Shown: in pieces, positions 20,556-29,956 of the stretch
Numbering within the stretch: the stretch's first letter is position 1
How the letters are laid out: every line of letters starts with the position of its first letter
IMG/VR virus record: IMGVR_UViG_3300001487_000119
Coordinates: 140,229 to 204,228 of that record
Length of the DNA stretch: 64,000 bases
Source: a virus
Lineage: Duplodnaviria > Caudoviricetes
Direction: 5' to 3' (one strand)
Position numbers and translations under genes: made by a program
Notes under the pieces: generated by a model
The model's database searches: none
Told to the model about the DNA's origin: nothing
What the model saw: only the letters and a program-made list of their open reading frames with translations

Positions 20556-21494
20556 TTATTTTGTACCCTTTTCAATTTCATTTTGGTGTTCACGATACCA
20601 ATTGTCAAATTTGACATACTCGTCATATCCAACTTGGGTAATTGCATTATCCAAATCATGATAGTCACAATGCTTAATCTTTACAATAATTCGTTTGCCT
20701 CGAGGATCCTTGATTGGAACAGCCGGACGGGCTACAATACCTTCTTCGAGATAATCAGGATTTGATACATTTGGAACCCGGGTTTTGAATCCTTTACGAA
20801 CCATCGCTTCTGCTGCATCAATAGTCAGTTGACCAAGATACGGTACAACATCAAGACCAAGCTTTTGTGCATAATCATTTAGCATATCAATTGGAACATA
20901 CCAACCTTGTACACAGATATCAAAGATAGAAAAACGGTTGTTATCTTTGTCATAGTTACCGCCGGCTTGGATTTTCTTACCATAGAATTCACCGTAAATA
21001 TATACAGGTACTTCCTCATATTCAACCACATACACACCTTCATGCGTTGATTTATCAATAGGCTCATTTGGACGATAACCTTCAGCTACATCAAATTCAT
21101 ACATAACCGGAAGATTCTTATCATTCATTTTTGGACCAAACTTGGCAGACGATGCAGGGAATAATTGAGCCAATGTAGGCTTAATGCGATCAATAATTTT
21201 ATCGATAAAGGCCTTTTGACCAGTTCCAATAATTTCAGCATTATCAGTTTTACCTGAACAGAAACACTCGCCAGTAGACGGATAATATACAATCTTGGTA
21301 TTTGTTCCATCAATTTTGGAGAAACAATCAAACAAAAGACCTTTAATATATGCCATATAGTCATCAGAGAATTGGCCATAAATAATCTTGTTTTGAAATA
21401 CTTTCCATGCTGGATTAGGTAGATTTACTTTACCAAGATTTTGATAACGTTTGTACAACGTGTTAATTTTTGTGTAAGTTTGTGTTTTAGTCAT
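20556..21494 (-). CDS. RNA ligase, Rnl2 family
   Basis: KIDGTN motif I, YGEFYG..IQ, FDI, EGIV, KIK; start MTKTQ lies downstream of the promoter. Confidence 0.88.
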   Translation of the reverse strand: MTKTQTYTKINTLYKRYQNLGKVNLPNPAWKVFQNKIIYGQFSDDYMAYIKGLLFDCFSKIDGTNTKIVYYPSTGECFCSGKTDNAEIIGTGQKAFIDKIIDRIKPTLAQLFPASSAKFGPKMNDKNLPVMYEFDVAEGYRPNEPIDKSTHEGVYVVEYEEVPVYIYGEFYGKKIQAGGNYDKDNNRFSIFDICVQGWYVPIDMLNDYAQKLGLDVVPYLGQLTIDAAEAMVRKGFKTRVPNVSNPDYLEEGIVARPAVPIKDPRGKRIIVKIKHCDYHDLDNAITQVGYDEYVKFDNWYREHQNEIEKGTK

Positions 21495-21519
21495 AAATTT
21501 ATTGTTTTTAAAATTATAA

Positions 21520-21561
21520 TGCAAAAATAATACTTTTTATTTAAATTAAAAAATAGAAGTT
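21520..21561 (-). promoter_or_regulatory. early promoter motif copy 4
   Basis: matches motif. Confidence 0.8.
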
Positions 21562-22216
21562 AATTATAATCATTATCTTCGCGTTCGTCATAATTATTTT
21601 TTGCATTATTTAATATGCTATAAACATTATGTAAAACAGTTGGTGTCATCCATTCTGGAATTATTAATTTTAAATCATTAAAATCAATATTTAAATTAGA
21701 TGCATCTGTTAATGTTTTTAAAATTTCAACAAGTGGTTTATTGCGAGTTGCATTTTCAATATAGTCTTTACAATATTTGATTTCTGCACCTGAAATATTT
21801 GTAATTCGCAGTTTTTGTTTGCATCGAGTTTTTTCAATGCCAAACATATTAAATGTAATACAAGAATCTTGATAGGGGTGAAAATCATTAGATTCTATCC
21901 AATTTTCATTTTCTCTTAATAAATCGTAATCTTCAAGTGTTACATTAATATATTGATTATTAATATAATTGACACGACCAAGATGACCTTTGCCATTTAA
22001 ATCAATAACCTTTACATAATCACCATTTTGAAGATTTGCAAAACTTTCTTTTATTTCAAAATGGTCAACTAATGCCATTGGAAATACAGAATCAATTACT
22101 TCTGGAGTAATACCATCTGTATTTGGCTCTACTTCTATTTGCAGATTTTTAGTTTCACTTCCAATAGCTTTTTGACCAATTGCATTTAAATGCAAAACTA
22201 TATTAACTTTTTCCAT
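21560..22216 (-). CDS. hypothetical protein
   Basis: 218 aa with its own early motif. Confidence 0.75.
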   Translation of the reverse strand: MEKVNIVLHLNAIGQKAIGSETKNLQIEVEPNTDGITPEVIDSVFPMALVDHFEIKESFANLQNGDYVKVIDLNGKGHLGRVNYINNQYINVTLEDYDLLRENENWIESNDFHPYQDSCITFNMFGIEKTRCKQKLRITNISGAEIKYCKDYIENATRNKPLVEILKTLTDASNLNIDFNDLKLIIPEWMTPTVLHNVYSILNNAKNNYDEREDNDYN

Positions 22217-22239
22217 AATATATAATTTTTAAATTTCGA

Positions 22240-22281
22240 TGTAAAAATAATACTTTTTGTTTAAACTAAAAAATAGATGCT
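22240..22281 (-). promoter_or_regulatory. early promoter motif copy 5 (variant)
   Basis: matches motif, TATTTTTA variant of -7 box. Confidence 0.7.
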
Positions 22282-22695
22282 TTATTTTGTTAAATTGAGT
22301 TTTTCTAATAATGGAAATACATAAAGTTGAAGTTTTTTCATTTTATCAATATCTTTTGCTTTCATAAATTTATGCAATTCGTAATCATATGTTTCATATG
22401 CAGTCATTTGTGCATCGGCTTTTGAATAACGTGAGCATTCCCAGTCAATTACCATTGCAAGATAATCATAATCTTTATTGCCTGTATATGCCCAATGATG
22501 ACGAGCATGTGTGCGATGATATTGCTTTACTCGAGGATAATCTTTCCAAATCCACATTAAAAATGGTTTTTCGATATCATGTAATAGAAATCGTGGATGC
22601 CAAACACCGAGTAACATTGCAACCAATTGAAAAGATCTCCAGTGTGCAAACCAATAAGCAAATGATGATTTTTCTGTGTCTTTAAAAAGTTTCAT
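22282..22695 (-). CDS. DUF5662-like HD-type protein
   Basis: HDIEKP, HARHH, MVIDWECS. Confidence 0.6.
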   Translation of the reverse strand: MKLFKDTEKSSFAYWFAHWRSFQLVAMLLGVWHPRFLLHDIEKPFLMWIWKDYPRVKQYHRTHARHHWAYTGNKDYDYLAMVIDWECSRYSKADAQMTAYETYDYELHKFMKAKDIDKMKKLQLYVFPLLEKLNLTK

Positions 22696-22745
22696 AATTC
22701 TATTATTTTTTAATTATTAAATAACTTATTTTAACCAAATTGCAA

Positions 22746-22787
22746 TGCAAAAATAATACTTTTTATTTAAACTAAAAAATAGAAGCT
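22746..22787 (-). promoter_or_regulatory. early promoter motif copy 6
   Basis: matches motif. Confidence 0.8.
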
Positions 22788-22833
22788 TTATAAAATAATC
22801 AATAAATAATAAAATTATTTAAAAGATATTTAA

Positions 22834-23712
22834 ATGGCTAATTATTATCAAAAAGAAGATACATCTGAATTCTTTAGAACACCTGAGTGGATGATAGAAA
22901 AGTGTTATGAAATGATTCCTAATGCTAAAACTATTATAGATCCATGCGCTGGTGATTGCGGACTAGAGGATTTTACCAGAGATATTGAATATACATTATT
23001 AGATTTGAATCCGAGAAGCCATGTTATTGAACAAGCAGATTTCTTAAAATGGACAACAGACAAACATTTTGATGCAGCTATCTGTAATCCGCCATTTGGA
23101 TTGAAGAATGAGTTTCTTGAACATTTATTTGAATTTACCGATGAAGTTGTTTATATTGCCCCATTAAAATCTATTATTAATGATTGGTATGATCATATAT
23201 ATGACATTTATTTAGATTGGCGAATTCCATATTTTGGATTTGGAATATTAACAAGTGTTGCAATATTTCATCTTAAGAAACAATCTAATAGGCTATCTAA
23301 AGAAGATATTAGAAGAAAATATATGATGAAGCTTGTTCCAGGAATTAATACTATATGTGAATATACTGATCATCATATTAAAAATTCTTGGGGTTTATAT
23401 GTTCCGATAACAAAAGCAAATATTGTCAGAAATAATGAATTGCTTCGTGAAGAATATATTTTTGAACCCGGTGATGAATCTGTTTTTATTGCAAGAAAAG
23501 CATCTATTAATAATCAAGCAGGCGATAAATTATATCGTTATGTAATATATACAAAAACAAAAGAAGAAGCCGAACATATAATAAACATATACAAAGAGAA
23601 AGAGGAATATGTCAGGAATTATGCATATCAATATGGAAATAATATTCTGGATATAAGATGGATTCCACTATTAGTTAAAAATGAAAACAGAAAAAATTAC
23701 GAGTTGTTTTAA
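22834..23712 (+). CDS. DNA amino-methyltransferase (probably N6-adenine)
   Basis: FRTP, IDPCAGD motif I, CNPPF motif IV. Confidence 0.85.
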   Translation: MANYYQKEDTSEFFRTPEWMIEKCYEMIPNAKTIIDPCAGDCGLEDFTRDIEYTLLDLNPRSHVIEQADFLKWTTDKHFDAAICNPPFGLKNEFLEHLFEFTDEVVYIAPLKSIINDWYDHIYDIYLDWRIPYFGFGILTSVAIFHLKKQSNRLSKEDIRRKYMMKLVPGINTICEYTDHHIKNSWGLYVPITKANIVRNNELLREEYIFEPGDESVFIARKASINNQAGDKLYRYVIYTKTKEEAEHIINIYKEKEEYVRNYAYQYGNNILDIRWIPLLVKNENRKNYELF

Positions 23713-23716
23713 TCAT

Positions 23717-23851
23717 ATGAAAAATGGTTTATTGAAAGTTTGTTCTTGGATATTAAATATAATTGGTCTTATATTTAGTTTACCTGGTGTTTTATTAATA
23801 TATATTGGAACTACATTTGCAGATTGGGCTGATATACTAAATGAACTTTAA
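23717..23851 (+). CDS. small membrane protein (44 aa)
   Basis: MKNGLLKVCSWILNIIGLIFSLPGVLLIYIG; operonic spacing. Confidence 0.55.
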   Translation: MKNGLLKVCSWILNIIGLIFSLPGVLLIYIGTTFADWADILNEL

Positions 23852-23856
23852 TAATT

Positions 23857-24225
23857 ATGTGGAAAGAAGAAGATAAAATAGTAAATGGTTTGTATTTTAA
23901 GCAAACATGTGTTATTGCACCAGAACAATATGATGTTTTTCTGGATGGAAAATATGTTGCATATGTTAGATGTCGGTTTGGTAGATTAACAGTTAATCCA
24001 GTGAATATTGAATTAATTATTCCAAATATTGTTAATATATCAGATTTTGATTATGAAAAAATAATGGATGATAATAGACAATATGAAATTGGAATAGATT
24101 TTAATACACAGATTTATTTCAAAGAATGGAAAGATGATGAATTTAAATCAGACATTCCAAAAGAAGAATTTGAAAATATTACAAATGCAATATATAATTA
24201 TTTAAAAGAAAAAGAAGAGAAATGA
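23857..24225 (+). CDS. hypothetical protein
   Basis: 122-aa ORF. Confidence 0.7.
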   Translation: MWKEEDKIVNGLYFKQTCVIAPEQYDVFLDGKYVAYVRCRFGRLTVNPVNIELIIPNIVNISDFDYEKIMDDNRQYEIGIDFNTQIYFKEWKDDEFKSDIPKEEFENITNAIYNYLKEKEEK

Positions 24226-24258
24226 GTCTCTTCTTTATTTTTTAATAAATATATTGAT

Positions 24259-25092
24259 ATGAAAAACTATAATAAAATATTAGAGGCTGTAAATAGAGGG
24301 ATTAAATTTGCATTAGATGACTTTGAAGATAATGAAAATATTCAAGGTCAAGTTAACAGTAAAATTAATCATCAACATGGAACTAAAGAATGGTTGGATT
24401 TAATAAATGATGTAGTAGATTTAGAACTGCCTTCAGGAACTTTATGGTGTAAGTATAATCTTGGTGTTAATCCAAACTAGTTAACTGAACCTGGTGGCTG
24501 GTATGGTGATTATTATGCATGGGGAGAATTAAAACCAAATAAATCCGAATTCAGTTGGTCTACATATAAATATGCTGAACATTATACTGATTTATCTGAA
24601 AAAGAGAGTTTAACTAAATATTGTAATGATCCTAAATATGGTTTACATGGTTTTACAGATAATTTAACTTAGCTTCTTTCAGAAGATGATGCGGCTTATC
24701 AAAAAAAGAAACTTTATAATTATAAATTCTATATTCCAACTAAAGAACAGTGTGAAGAATTATTGAAATATACTAATAAATTTTGGGTTAATAATTATGA
24801 TCCTAATAAAACATTTCATAATCCAAAAGATGATGAAGGAATTCAAGGATTGTATGGCAGAATATTTGAAGGAAGAAATGGAAATCAATTGTTTATTCCA
24901 GCAGCCGGTTATGGCAATCAATATAGTTCTGATATTGTATGTATCGGTTCTAATTGTAATATATGGTCTTCAAGTTTTAACTTAGACGGTGCTATTAATG
25001 CTTATTACTTGTATTTTGATCAGGCCAATATCAAATTGTTCGATGATGAACGTTGCTACGGTTTCACTGTTCGCCCAGTAATAAAATTATAA
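24259..25092 (+). CDS. paralogue 5 of VDLGLPSG family, code 15, 277 aa
   Basis: joins through TAG 24478 and 24670; ends RCYGFTVRPV; ATAAATA upstream. Confidence 0.87.
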
Positions 25093-25113
25093 TAAAATGA
25101 AAACTAAATAAAA

Positions 25114-25677
25114 ATGAATGATTAGTATAAAAGAACACATGCTCCAAAGAAAAGTGAGAATGTAAAATATCATCAAGGTTATTATATTCCTGAACATCCA
25201 GAAAAATGGTTGACATAGGAAAATGTATTTAGAAGTGGTTGGGAATTTACTTTTATGCGATGGTGTGATCAAAATCCATCAGTATTAAAAGTTGCATCAG
25301 AACCTATTGGAATTAAATATTTAGATCCAACCGGAAATCTTGAATACTGTATGAAACATAATTTAGATCCGAATAATCCGCAAAATTGGAAAGTCCGGAC
25401 ATATTATACAGATTTCTGGATTGAAATAGCAGATGAAACGAAACCGGATGGGAAGAAAAGAATTTTTATAGAAATAAAACCATATGATTAGACACAATGT
25501 CCAAAACCATTAACTGAATCTGCAACATTAAAAGAACATAAAGCATATAATAGAGCTGCATAGACATTTTTAGTTAACTAGAGTAAATGGACCGCCGCTA
25601 AAAAATACTTTGAAGAAAGAGGTGCAGAATTTATGGTGGTAACAGAAAGAACATTACAACAATTGGGATTATTATAA
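25114..25677 (+). CDS. head completion nuclease (T4 gp4 / TnsA-like), code 15, 187 aa
   Basis: YHQGYY.P.HPEK, FRSGWE..FM.WCD.N, SEP, Y.TDF, EIKP..(TAG), VN(TAG)SKW.AA; 5 TAGs. Confidence 0.88.
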
Positions 25678-25686
25678 TAAAAAAAT

Positions 25687-25720
25687 AAAGGTTCTAAGAT
25701 TTTAACTTAGAATCTTTTTA
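25687..25720. terminator. bidirectional terminator
   Basis: AAAGGTTCTAAG/CTTAGAATCTTT. Confidence 0.65.
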
Positions 25721-25723
25721 ATA

Positions 25724-26983
25724 TTATCTACGTCTTGAAGAACCGCCAGAGCTCCTACTACTTCCACCATTATAACTTCCAGAACTTTTGCTCACATTTC
25801 CACTTGATCTAGAACTTCTACTGTAACTTTCTGAACTTCTAGTTGTCGAACTAGTTGAGGAACTTCTGCTAGGTGAAGAACTATAACTTCCACCGCTTCT
25901 ATAAGATGAAGAAGAATTTGATCTTACTTGCCCATTATTTGTCCTCTGATGTGTCGAAACTATTGACCTATTAGAATTATTAGATGAATGAGTTTGTGAC
26001 GTTCTAGATACCCCAGATTGACTTGTGGAGCGTTGTGTAGATGTACTAGCAGATGTTGTTCTTTGCGATTGTGAAGTTTGTGTTCTTTGAATATTTCCGC
26101 TTGTTCTTTGGCTTGCTATTGTTGATTGGCCTCTTTGAGAACTTCCACTTCTTTGAACTGCTGTATTTCTGCTGTCAAATGTTCTTGATGAAGTAGAATT
26201 AAAATTAGGTTGTCTAACTCCACTATTTCTTTGGCTTACACCGGTTTTATGGAATTCACTTGCATTTCTAATATCTGTATGACGTTTATTAAAAGAATTA
26301 TCAGGATGTGAAACAGCATAGTCACGGCAAGAAACACTATTATGAATAGCATGATAATTATGATGTGGATGACGTCCGTGTCTGAATGAACAATAATGAT
26401 GGTGATAATGATGGAATCGATAGCATCTGTCATAATACCAATGATATGCATAACATGGACGATAATACCACCAACTTGGCCAATAACCCCAATACCATGG
26501 TGACTCCCAGCAATACCAACGTGCTGACCAGAACCAGTTATAGATCACAGGACGATAGACATAAACGGGTTCTATAATATAATTTGTTCCATAAATATAT
26601 TCATCACCTATAATTTGAACTGATACCTCTTGTGTTTTAGTATCTTTTTCAACATAAATAGACGCAACATCTTGATATATGTCTTTTGCAAGAACAGCTT
26701 GAATAACAATTAATTTATTATCTGCTGTACCAGCTTCAACAACTCGTAAATAATCTATTTGATTATCACCATTTAGATCTAGATTTGAAAATGCACTGTC
26801 AGGATTATTAAGCATATTTTCAAATTGTTCTGTAGTACTTGCTTCTGCAAAAAGTTTAGCTATTACTTTAAGATCTAAACTTTGTGAAATATCTTCACTA
26901 TTAGCAGAAACCGTGATTGTTTCTTCTGCAAAGGTTAATACTCCCATTAACATCAATGCCAAAAATAAAAATACTCGCTTCAT
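25724..26983 (-). CDS. secreted Bacteroidota-type protein with EF-hand-like loop, W/Y/H-rich segment and S/R/G-rich tail
   Basis: signal peptide MKRVFLFLALMLMGVLTFA; DLNGDNQIDY. Confidence 0.75.
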   Translation of the reverse strand: MKRVFLFLALMLMGVLTFAEETITVSANSEDISQSLDLKVIAKLFAEASTTEQFENMLNNPDSAFSNLDLNGDNQIDYLRVVEAGTADNKLIVIQAVLAKDIYQDVASIYVEKDTKTQEVSVQIIGDEYIYGTNYIIEPVYVYRPVIYNWFWSARWYCWESPWYWGYWPSWWYYRPCYAYHWYYDRCYRFHHYHHHYCSFRHGRHPHHNYHAIHNSVSCRDYAVSHPDNSFNKRHTDIRNASEFHKTGVSQRNSGVRQPNFNSTSSRTFDSRNTAVQRSGSSQRGQSTIASQRTSGNIQRTQTSQSQRTTSASTSTQRSTSQSGVSRTSQTHSSNNSNRSIVSTHQRTNNGQVRSNSSSSYRSGGSYSSSPSRSSSTSSTTRSSESYSRSSRSSGNVSKSSGSYNGGSSRSSGGSSRRR

Positions 26984-27043
26984 AATAGTCAGATTTTTAA
27001 TTTTATTATTTATACTATTGTTTATCAATATATTAAATTATAC

Positions 27044-27059
27044 TACAAAAAGTGTGCCA
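27044..27059 (-). promoter_or_regulatory. sigma54-like -24/-12 element TGGCACACTTTTTGTA
   Basis: TGGCAC-N5-TTG at correct spacing upstream of the 26983 gene. Confidence 0.5.
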
Positions 27060-27176
27060 GGATTTTTGAATATTAAAAAATGATATAAAAATATTAATCA
27101 TAGTAAATAAAAACTTCCAAAACTCTATTAAATGAAGAATTTTGGAAGTTCTATAATTATTTAATAATTAAATTAA

Positions 27177-27503
27177 TTATTCATCATAATCAGCGTCGTC
27201 TTCAAATTCTTCTTCGTCTTCTGGCTCTGGCATATTTTCAATTTCATCAGCAGCCATAGACAAAGAATCAGAAATATTACGAAGTTTTTCAGCAAGGTCT
27301 TCATATGTGTAGCAATCTGTATAAGCGCCACGTTGGCAGTTACGAACTTCATACATAAAGCTTTCAATTTCGCCAAATGCTTCTTCAAGCTGATCCAAAT
27401 CTCCTAAATCCCAACCATCTCCGGCAGATTCATTAAGTGCCTTTTTAACTTGTTTTGCAACTGAAGACATTATAGATTCATATAATTGCTTGTTTGTTTT
27501 CAT
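27177..27503 (-). CDS. acidic late protein with LYESIM...ALNE leader
   Basis: MKTNKQLYESIMSSVAKQVKKALNES; ATAAATA upstream. Confidence 0.8.
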   Translation of the reverse strand: MKTNKQLYESIMSSVAKQVKKALNESAGDGWDLGDLDQLEEAFGEIESFMYEVRNCQRGAYTDCYTYEDLAEKLRNISDSLSMAADEIENMPEPEDEEEFEDDADYDE

Positions 27504-27545
27504 AGTTTAAAAATAAATTTATTTTTTATATTTATTTTAGTAAAA

Positions 27546-27577
27546 AAACTATTTTTGAATAATTTTTTATAATAAAT
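27546..27577 (+). promoter_or_regulatory. middle promoter AAACT-N17-TATAAT with overlapping ATAAATA, upstream of suppressor tRNA
   Basis: direct motif match. Confidence 0.6.
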
Positions 27578-27598
27578 AAATTGTGAACAAAAACATAT

Positions 27599-27674
27599 TG
27601 CCCTACAGCGCGTCGGTCGCGCGGATGACTCTAAATCATCGTCAGGCCAGGTTCGACTCCTGGTGGGGCAACCA
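27599..27674 (+). tRNA. amber suppressor tRNA, anticodon CUA (probably Gln)
   Basis: acceptor TGCCCTA/TGGGGCA, D stem GCGC/GCGC, anticodon stem GATGA/TCATC with loop CT-CTA-AA (27631-27633), T stem CCAGG-TTCGACT-CCTGG, encoded ACCA. Confidence 0.93.
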
Positions 27675-27710
27675 AAAGTTTCTCATATAATAAATATAAT
27701 GAGAAACTTT
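27675..27710 (+). terminator. hairpin after tRNA with ATAAATA late motif in its loop
   Basis: AAAGTTTCTCAT-ATAATAAATATA-ATGAGAAACTTT followed by T tract. Confidence 0.65.
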
Positions 27711-27724
27711 ATTTTTTATGTTAT

Positions 27725-28276
27725 ATGTTTAAATTTGAATTGACTGAATCTAGAAAACCTGAAGATATAATGCAACAACAATATTGTGATCCAATTAAAA
27801 ATGCAATTTGGAATTATGTTGCTGGATATACTACATCTGTCAATAATATATTACGTAAAGGCAAAACTAATATATTAACTAAAGAATTAGATGAAGCCTT
27901 CAATGAATATGGAGAATCTGACATAATTGATTTTTATAGAACAGTTGATTGGGACTACATGAAAAATATTTATGGAGTAACAAAAGAAAATATTAGAGAA
28001 TTTATTGGTAAAACATTTATTAATAAAGGATATATGTCAACTTCATCTGAATTTCAATCTCCATGGGGTTCTAGATGGAATGAATGGGAATTAGTTATAC
28101 ACATGTATGGGGACACGCAATATATTAATGTTAATAATATATTTAATGCTGATGAAATTGATTGTGAAGGCCAAAACGAATTATTACTTCCAAGAAACAC
28201 TAGACTTAAATTAGAATCTGTAAAAGTTATGAGAAACGAAGAAAAAACTTATTTGCTTGAAATGATTATAATATAA
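27725..28276 (+). CDS. ADP-ribosyltransferase (VIP2/Alt-like, R-S-E class)
   Basis: Y....VNNILR, FYRT, GYMSTSS, QNELLLPRNT. Confidence 0.85.
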   Translation: MFKFELTESRKPEDIMQQQYCDPIKNAIWNYVAGYTTSVNNILRKGKTNILTKELDEAFNEYGESDIIDFYRTVDWDYMKNIYGVTKENIREFIGKTFINKGYMSTSSEFQSPWGSRWNEWELVIHMYGDTQYINVNNIFNADEIDCEGQNELLLPRNTRLKLESVKVMRNEEKTYLLEMIII

Positions 28277-28293
28277 AAATAAGTTTGATTTTA

Positions 28294-28644
28294 ATGATAA
28301 CTTTTGAATATGATGGAAAAATTTATAAACCATCAAATCTTGAGAAAAAATTAAAAAAGTTGGGTATCACAATAAATGATATTAAAATTATTGATGATAT
28401 TGATACAAAAGCTGAAACTGAAAGAAAAGAAAAAGTTGAACAACAACAAAATTTAGAACATATAGTTTCTTTATATTGGGACTCTAAATGTAAAGGATGG
28501 TATGAAAATGAATCATATAAAGAAATTCCAATGTGGGTAAATGAAGATATTAAAAGTGGTAGATTTATTTATGTAGGCAATTATAATGTAAATGAATTAT
28601 ATGAAGCTAAAAAGATTAATTTTTTAAAAATGATAAATCATTAA
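28294..28644 (+). CDS. hypothetical protein
   Basis: ORF following the ART gene. Confidence 0.65.
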   Translation: MITFEYDGKIYKPSNLEKKLKKLGITINDIKIIDDIDTKAETERKEKVEQQQNLEHIVSLYWDSKCKGWYENESYKEIPMWVNEDIKSGRFIYVGNYNVNELYEAKKINFLKMINH

Positions 28645-28671
28645 AACTTTTAATAATAAATAACATATAAT
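28644..28671 (+). promoter_or_regulatory. middle promoter AAACT-N17-TATAAT
   Basis: direct motif match. Confidence 0.6.
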
Positions 28672-28691
28672 ATTTGATAATAGAAAATTCT

Positions 28692-28755
28692 TCTATAGTA
28701 TCAGGATTGTTTTTAGATCCTTTGAGAATTGTTAAAGATTCGATGATATTGTAGA
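28692..28755 (+). ncRNA. putative structured 5' leader (three-way junction)
   Basis: 12-bp P1 28692-28703/28744-28755 with G-U pairs enclosing two short hairpins. Confidence 0.4.
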
Positions 28756-28785
28756 GAAGTTAATAAAAATAAATTTTAATGACTT

Positions 28786-29625
28786 ATGAAAACAACTAAT
28801 TATTCAAACATGTCAGCTATTGCTGTCAACAAATCTCTTTTAAAAGAGTATCAAACTTCTTATGGAAGAACTGTTTATCTTGACAAGGATTCCGAATTCC
28901 AAATTAAATTATTTAATCCTACTACAGAAACTATTGCTGCAGAAGTTTTTGTCAATGAAAAATCTCTTGGAGAAAAAATTGTTATTCGCCCAGGCCAGTT
29001 GATTTGGCTAGAACGTTATTTAGATGAAGCTAAGAAATTTAGATTTGACACTTATGAAGTAGATGCTAATGTAGAAGAGGTTAAACAAGCTATTAGAAAT
29101 AATGGTGATATTAAAGTAAAATTCTATAAAGAAAAACAACATTATAATTGGACTAGAGGATTACATGATCTTATAAATCATCCATATTATGGAAAAGTTG
29201 AAATTAATTATAATTCTGTACCAAAAAATTGGAATGATATTACATGTTCAACCAATGATTTAGTAGGAACATCACTTACTTCTAATATTGCAACAATGGA
29301 TTCATATTCATGCAATTATTCTGCATCATATGGAACAGTTGATACTGCTATGACGACTGCACCAAAAACTAAAGTTAAAAGCAGAGGAATGTCACAACCA
29401 ACTGAAACAGGACGTGTAGAAAAAGGTGGTTATTCAAATCAAAGATTTACTACAATAGATTTGGATATTGAGAGCTGGCCGTTTGCAACTGAAGAGATCA
29501 AGCTTCTTCCAAAATCGCAGAAACCTGTTTATAAAGAAGATTTAGAAAAGTTATATTGTTCGCAATGTGGACGTAAAGTTAAAACAAAATTTAAATATTG
29601 CCCATTCTGTGGAGAAAAACTTTAG
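28786..29625 (+). CDS. conserved hypothetical protein with C-terminal zinc ribbon
   Basis: CSQC...CPFC; ends in TAG with TGA three codons later. Confidence 0.8.
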   Translation: MKTTNYSNMSAIAVNKSLLKEYQTSYGRTVYLDKDSEFQIKLFNPTTETIAAEVFVNEKSLGEKIVIRPGQLIWLERYLDEAKKFRFDTYEVDANVEEVKQAIRNNGDIKVKFYKEKQHYNWTRGLHDLINHPYYGKVEINYNSVPKNWNDITCSTNDLVGTSLTSNIATMDSYSCNYSASYGTVDTAMTTAPKTKVKSRGMSQPTETGRVEKGGYSNQRFTTIDLDIESWPFATEEIKLLPKSQKPVYKEDLEKLYCSQCGRKVKTKFKYCPFCGEKL

Positions 29626-29638
29626 GATATTTGATAAT

Positions 29639-29671
29639 AAAATAGGTTGCTTGAAAAAGTAACCTATTTTT
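29639..29671. terminator. intrinsic terminator
   Basis: AATAGGTTGC/GTAACCTATT. Confidence 0.65.
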
Positions 29672-29713
29672 AACTTCTATTTTTTACTTTAAGAAAAAAG
29701 TATTATTTTTGCA
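29672..29713 (+). promoter_or_regulatory. early promoter motif copy 7
   Basis: matches motif. Confidence 0.8.
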
Positions 29714-29738
29714 TCGAAATTAAAAATAAAATAATTTT

Positions 29739-29954
29739 ATGAAACAAGATTATTACATAGGTGAAGGTGATTATATTGGAGATGATTGTCCAAATGAAAA
29801 CTTTAATAAAGTTACTGTTCCTCGTTTATTGGAGTTAGGAATAAAACCGGAAAGCATGGATGAAGTTGCAAAAATGTTTGCAGATATTTATAAGTTAGGA
29901 TTCTCAAATGGAGAGAGTTGGGTGTATGGAGAAATACAGGAAGGAGCAGAATAA
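29739..29954 (+). CDS. hypothetical protein
   Basis: 71 aa behind early motif. Confidence 0.7.
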   Translation: MKQDYYIGEGDYIGDDCPNENFNKVTVPRLLELGIKPESMDEVAKMFADIYKLGFSNGESWVYGEIQEGAE

Positions 29955-29956
29955 TT

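Noticed and set aside
22834-23712. Restriction-modification system
   Set aside because: No recognisable adjacent endonuclease; orphan methyltransferases are ordinary in phages
7565-25092. Complete DGR within the window
   Set aside because: No reverse transcriptase or template repeat visible; kept only as a hypothesis
25724-26240. Tandem DNA repeat
   Set aside because: Low-complexity Ser/Arg/Gly coding sequence with no fixed repeat unit
27599-27674. Pyrrolysine tRNA
   Set aside because: Standard 5-bp anticodon stem, TTCGA loop and longer variable region; TAG aligns with Gln
27675-27724. Theta (HDV-like) ribozyme after the suppressor tRNA
   Set aside because: CCA is encoded and the downstream sequence is a simple AT-rich hairpin with a T tract
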